Shown piece after piece: positions 60,825 to 64,000 of a stretch of 64,000 bases of DNA. Position 1 is the stretch's first letter, and every line of letters begins with the position of its first letter. Below the pieces are notes generated by a model. That model saw only the letters and a list, made by a program, of their open reading frames with translations. It did no database searches and was not told where the DNA came from. Source of the DNA: an uncultured Parachlamydiaceae bacterium. Lineage in GTDB: Bacteria > Chlamydiota > Chlamydiia > Chlamydiales > Parachlamydiaceae. Position numbers and translations under genes: made by a program. The stretch covers positions 512,001-576,000 of the forward strand of contig CAVULX010000003.1 in NCBI GenBank assembly GCA_963742415.1, given 5' to 3'.

Positions 60825-61772
60825 ATGCAAATAGAAATCGGGCTCTGGATAGGATTTTTGCTGTTTATTTTGATGATGATGTGCTTAGATCTCGGCGTTT
60901 GGCGGCGCACCCCCCATGTGATCGAGGCAAAAGAAGCTCTAGTTTGGTCAGCATTTTGGATCCTTATCTCATTCTGTTGGATGTTCATCGTTTATTTTAT
61001 TTATGAAAACAAATGGATGCCGAATAGTATTTTAGATGGGGAAACAGCTGCAATTCAATATATCACAGGGTATGTCGTTGAAAAAACATTGAGTCTAGAC
61101 AACATTCTCATCATCGCTTTGGTTTTCACCCATTTTCATGTTCCCCTTCCTTTTCAACACCGTGTGTTGACTTGGGGGATCTTGGGGGTGTTAGTGCTCC
61201 GGTTTGTGATGATCCTCATTGGTGCGGCTCTTTTACAGGAATACGCTTGGGTTTCCTATATCTTCGGCGCGATTCTCTTCTACACAGCCATCAAGATGTT
61301 GACGATTCAACATGAGTCGATCGATACAAAACATAACATTTTGGTTTTGTTCGCACGTCGTTATTTTCCCGTGACCGAAGAGTTCCATGGAGAAAAATTT
61401 TTCGTTCGTGTAAAGGGAGATTGGTATGCGACCCCCTTGCTTATCGCTCTTCTCGTTATCGAAAGCTCCGATGTCCTTTTTGCTATAGATTCCATCCCCG
61501 CCATTTTTGCCATCACCGATGACCCCTTTCTCGTCTTTACATCCAATATATTCGCCATTATGGGATTGCGATCTTTATATTTTATTTTATCCGGATGGGT
61601 CCAACGGTTCACCTATCTCAAAACAAGCCTTGTTTTTCTCTTAGCTTTTATCGGAGTAAAAATGGTCTTAATCCACCATTACCAAATTCCTGCTCTCGTC
61701 ACATTGATTGTAATTTTTTCCATTTTGACTGTAGGGATTATCGCATCTCTTCTCTCATTAAAAGGTCGATAA
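60825..61772 (+). CDS. TerC/Alx family metal homeostasis membrane protein
   Basis: GYVVEKTLSLDN, QHRVL.WG, DVLFAIDSIPA, TSNIFAIMGLRSLYF. Confidence 0.92.
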   Translation: MQIEIGLWIGFLLFILMMMCLDLGVWRRTPHVIEAKEALVWSAFWILISFCWMFIVYFIYENKWMPNSILDGETAAIQYITGYVVEKTLSLDNILIIALVFTHFHVPLPFQHRVLTWGILGVLVLRFVMILIGAALLQEYAWVSYIFGAILFYTAIKMLTIQHESIDTKHNILVLFARRYFPVTEEFHGEKFFVRVKGDWYATPLLIALLVIESSDVLFAIDSIPAIFAITDDPFLVFTSNIFAIMGLRSLYFILSGWVQRFTYLKTSLVFLLAFIGVKMVLIHHYQIPALVTLIVIFSILTVGIIASLLSLKGR

Positions 61773-61846
61773 ATGGCGCCAAAATTATCCTTGCTTCTCA
61801 ATCCTTTAAGGCATAAAATTTAAGGTTTAAGAGATGAAGGACGAGT

Positions 61847-64000
61847 ATGTTTGGGTTTTTAAAAAAAATTTTTGGCTCCGCGCAAGATCGACAAGTTCGT
61901 CGACACGCAAAAGTTGTAGAACACGTCAATCGCTGGGATGAGCAATTCCAGTCTTTAAGCGATGAGGCTTTGAAAGGGAAGACGGCTGAATTTCGGGAAC
62001 GGCTGAAGAAAGGGGAGTCGCTCGATTCCTTGCTTCCTGAAGCCTATGCGGTTGTCAAAAATGTATGCCGGCGGCTTTGCGGCACCGAAGTCCATGTCTC
62101 AGGCTATAATCAAAAATGGGATATGGTTCCATTCGATGTCCAAATCATCGGAGCCATTGCCTTACACTATGGATCGATTGCTGAAATGCAAACCGGTGAA
62201 GGGAAGACGTTAACAGCCGTCATGCCCCTCTACCTCAATGCATTGACAGGAAAACCCGTCCACCTTGTCACCGTCAACGATTACTTAGCGCAACGGGACT
62301 GCGAATGGGTAGGGACCATCTTCCGTTGGCTGGGATTGACAACAGGATCTCTGACCAATAATACCCCGCAAGAGCAACGAAGAGCGATCTATCAATCTGA
62401 TGTGGTCTATGGAACCGCTTCTGAATTTGGCTTCGACTATTTACGCGATAATTCGATGGTTGTCCGCAAAGAAGATCAGGTGCAAAGAGGGTTCTACTAT
62501 GCCATTATCGACGAAGTCGATTCCATCTTGATCGACGAAGCCCGCACCCCCTTGATCATTTCAGGGCCTGTACCCGTCAGCCGTCAAATGTATGATGAAC
62601 TGAAAACCGGCGTTGCCGAATTGGTTCGATGCCAGCGCGACCTGTGCAACCGGTTGGCAACTGACGGGCGCAAAGTTCTCGAAAAGCCTGAAATGGCCGA
62701 AGGGGAGATCCAAAGGGAAAAGAAAGACAAGCAACAGATAGAAGAGGAAGACCAAGCCTTGCGCAAAATGTGGCTCGTCAGCAAAGGAACTCCCAATAAT
62801 AAAATTCTTAAACGCCTTAAAGAAGATCCCGATATCCGGATGTCCTTGGATAAAATGGATCTTTTTTTCTATTCCGATACCAATAAAGAGGAAAAAGCCA
62901 AGGCTTTGGCTGAACTGTTCATGATCGTCGATGAGAGGGCCAGTGAATACGAGCTGACAGATAAAGGAATTCAGGCTTGGCATGAGGTCACGGGTGGGAA
63001 TACCGATGATTTTGTCATGATGGACATCAGCCATGAATACCTAAAGATTGATGAAAACACCGAGTTCGATGAAGAGGCTAAAATGCAAGCCAAGCTTGCA
63101 GTTCAAGAAGAAGACGCCAAACGGAAAGAGCGGGCGCATAATCTACGGCAGCTGCTTCGGGCCCATCTCCTCATGGAAAAAGATGTCGATTACATCGTTC
63201 AAGAAGACAAAATTATCATCATCGATGAAAACACAGGCCGTCCTCAGCCGGGAAGGCGTTTTTCCGATGGACTCCACCAAGCGATCGAAGCCAAAGAAGG
63301 TGTCTCCATCCAGAAAGAAACCCAAACGTATGCGACGATCACCCTGCAAAATTATTTCCGGATGTACGATAAGCTTGCCGGGATGACCGGTACAGCCATG
63401 ACCGAAGCCAATGAATTAAAGCAGATCTACAAGATGGATGTGCTTGAAATTCCTACCCACAAAACATGTATCCGCTCCGATTACAACGATGAAATCTACA
63501 TGACCGAAAGGGAAAAATACAACGCCATCTTAAAAGAAGTGCGTGAAATCCATGAAAAAGGCCGACCAATCCTGATCGGTACCGAATCGGTGGAAGTTTC
63601 TGAAAAACTTTCCCGCATTTTCAAGCAAAATAAACTCGACCACGTCGTCTTAAACGCGAAACAGAACGATAAAGAAGCTGAAATCGTCGCTCATGCCGGA
63701 AGAAGAGGCTCCATTACGATTGCGACTAATATGGCTGGACGCGGAACCGACATTAAACTTGAAAAGGGGATCGCAGATATAGGCGGCCTCTATGTCATGG
63801 GAACCACGCGCCATCAGTCACGCCGTATCGACAGGCAGCTGCGAGGCCGCTGCGCACGGCAAGGGGATCCCGGTTCTGCTAAATTTTACGTTTCTTTCGA
63901 AGATCATCTGTTACGCCTATTTGCATCGCCCCGCATGACGGCTATCTTGCAACGGTTTCGTCCGCCCGAAGGGGAGCCCATTTCCGCCGGAATATTGAAT
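61847..64000 (+). CDS. secA: Protein translocase subunit SecA (runs off the window)
   Basis: Hand translation MFGFLKKIFGSAQDR..., AEMQTGEGKTL, VTVNDYLA, IIDEVDSILIDEARTPLIISG, ATNMAGRGTDI. Confidence 0.97.
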   Translation, partial: MFGFLKKIFGSAQDRQVRRHAKVVEHVNRWDEQFQSLSDEALKGKTAEFRERLKKGESLDSLLPEAYAVVKNVCRRLCGTEVHVSGYNQKWDMVPFDVQIIGAIALHYGSIAEMQTGEGKTLTAVMPLYLNALTGKPVHLVTVNDYLAQRDCEWVGTIFRWLGLTTGSLTNNTPQEQRRAIYQSDVVYGTASEFGFDYLRDNSMVVRKEDQVQRGFYYAIIDEVDSILIDEARTPLIISGPVPVSRQMYDELKTGVAELVRCQRDLCNRLATDGRKVLEKPEMAEGEIQREKKDKQQIEEEDQALRKMWLVSKGTPNNKILKRLKEDPDIRMSLDKMDLFFYSDTNKEEKAKALAELFMIVDERASEYELTDKGIQAWHEVTGGNTDDFVMMDISHEYLKIDENTEFDEEAKMQAKLAVQEEDAKRKERAHNLRQLLRAHLLMEKDVDYIVQEDKIIIIDENTGRPQPGRRFSDGLHQAIEAKEGVSIQKETQTYATITLQNYFRMYDKLAGMTGTAMTEANELKQIYKMDVLEIPTHKTCIRSDYNDEIYMTEREKYNAILKEVREIHEKGRPILIGTESVEVSEKLSRIFKQNKLDHVVLNAKQNDKEAEIVAHAGRRGSITIATNMAGRGTDIKLEKGIADIGGLYVMGTTRHQSRRIDRQLRGRCARQGDPGSAKFYVSFEDHLLRLFASPRMTAILQRFRPPEGEPISAGILN

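Noticed and set aside
60780-60825. yybP-ykoY Mn riboswitch before terC
   Set aside because: Only 4 nt separate trkH and the likely terC start

Overview
Chromosomal segment from an environmental member of the phylum Chlamydiae (Parachlamydiales-like). The basis is protein character and gene order recalled from Chlamydia: dus-yggT-...-ygfA-recA, dcrA-like/rnc/radA/hemC, ahpC, psd, secA. Main result: an ~11.2 kb minus-strand respiratory operon (11743-22919). It encodes a GltD-like FAD/4x[4Fe-4S] NAD(P)H oxidoreductase (four single-base frameshifts as assembled), a 43-aa CcoS, a Rieske protein, a b6-like cytochrome b, a 1357-aa heptaheme cytochrome c, CcoN, an enlarged CcoO, a second CcoS-like protein and a heme-less CcoP N-terminus. 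Together this looks like a self-contained NAD(P)H-to-O2 chain. Elements too short for the ORF track: an Ile/Val leader-peptide attenuator upstream of brnQ, a Lys-rich leader ORF upstream of dapL, a tRNA-Arg whose last base abuts a start codon, and a cluster of DnaA-like boxes in the first 550 bp (candidate oriC). Several palindromic REP/MITE-like repeat families occur, some nested in one another. There are two toxin-less antitoxin loci and several eukaryote-like effector candidates (DH/RhoGEF-like, F-box, papain-like, tail-anchored). All family assignments are by eye; no searches were run.
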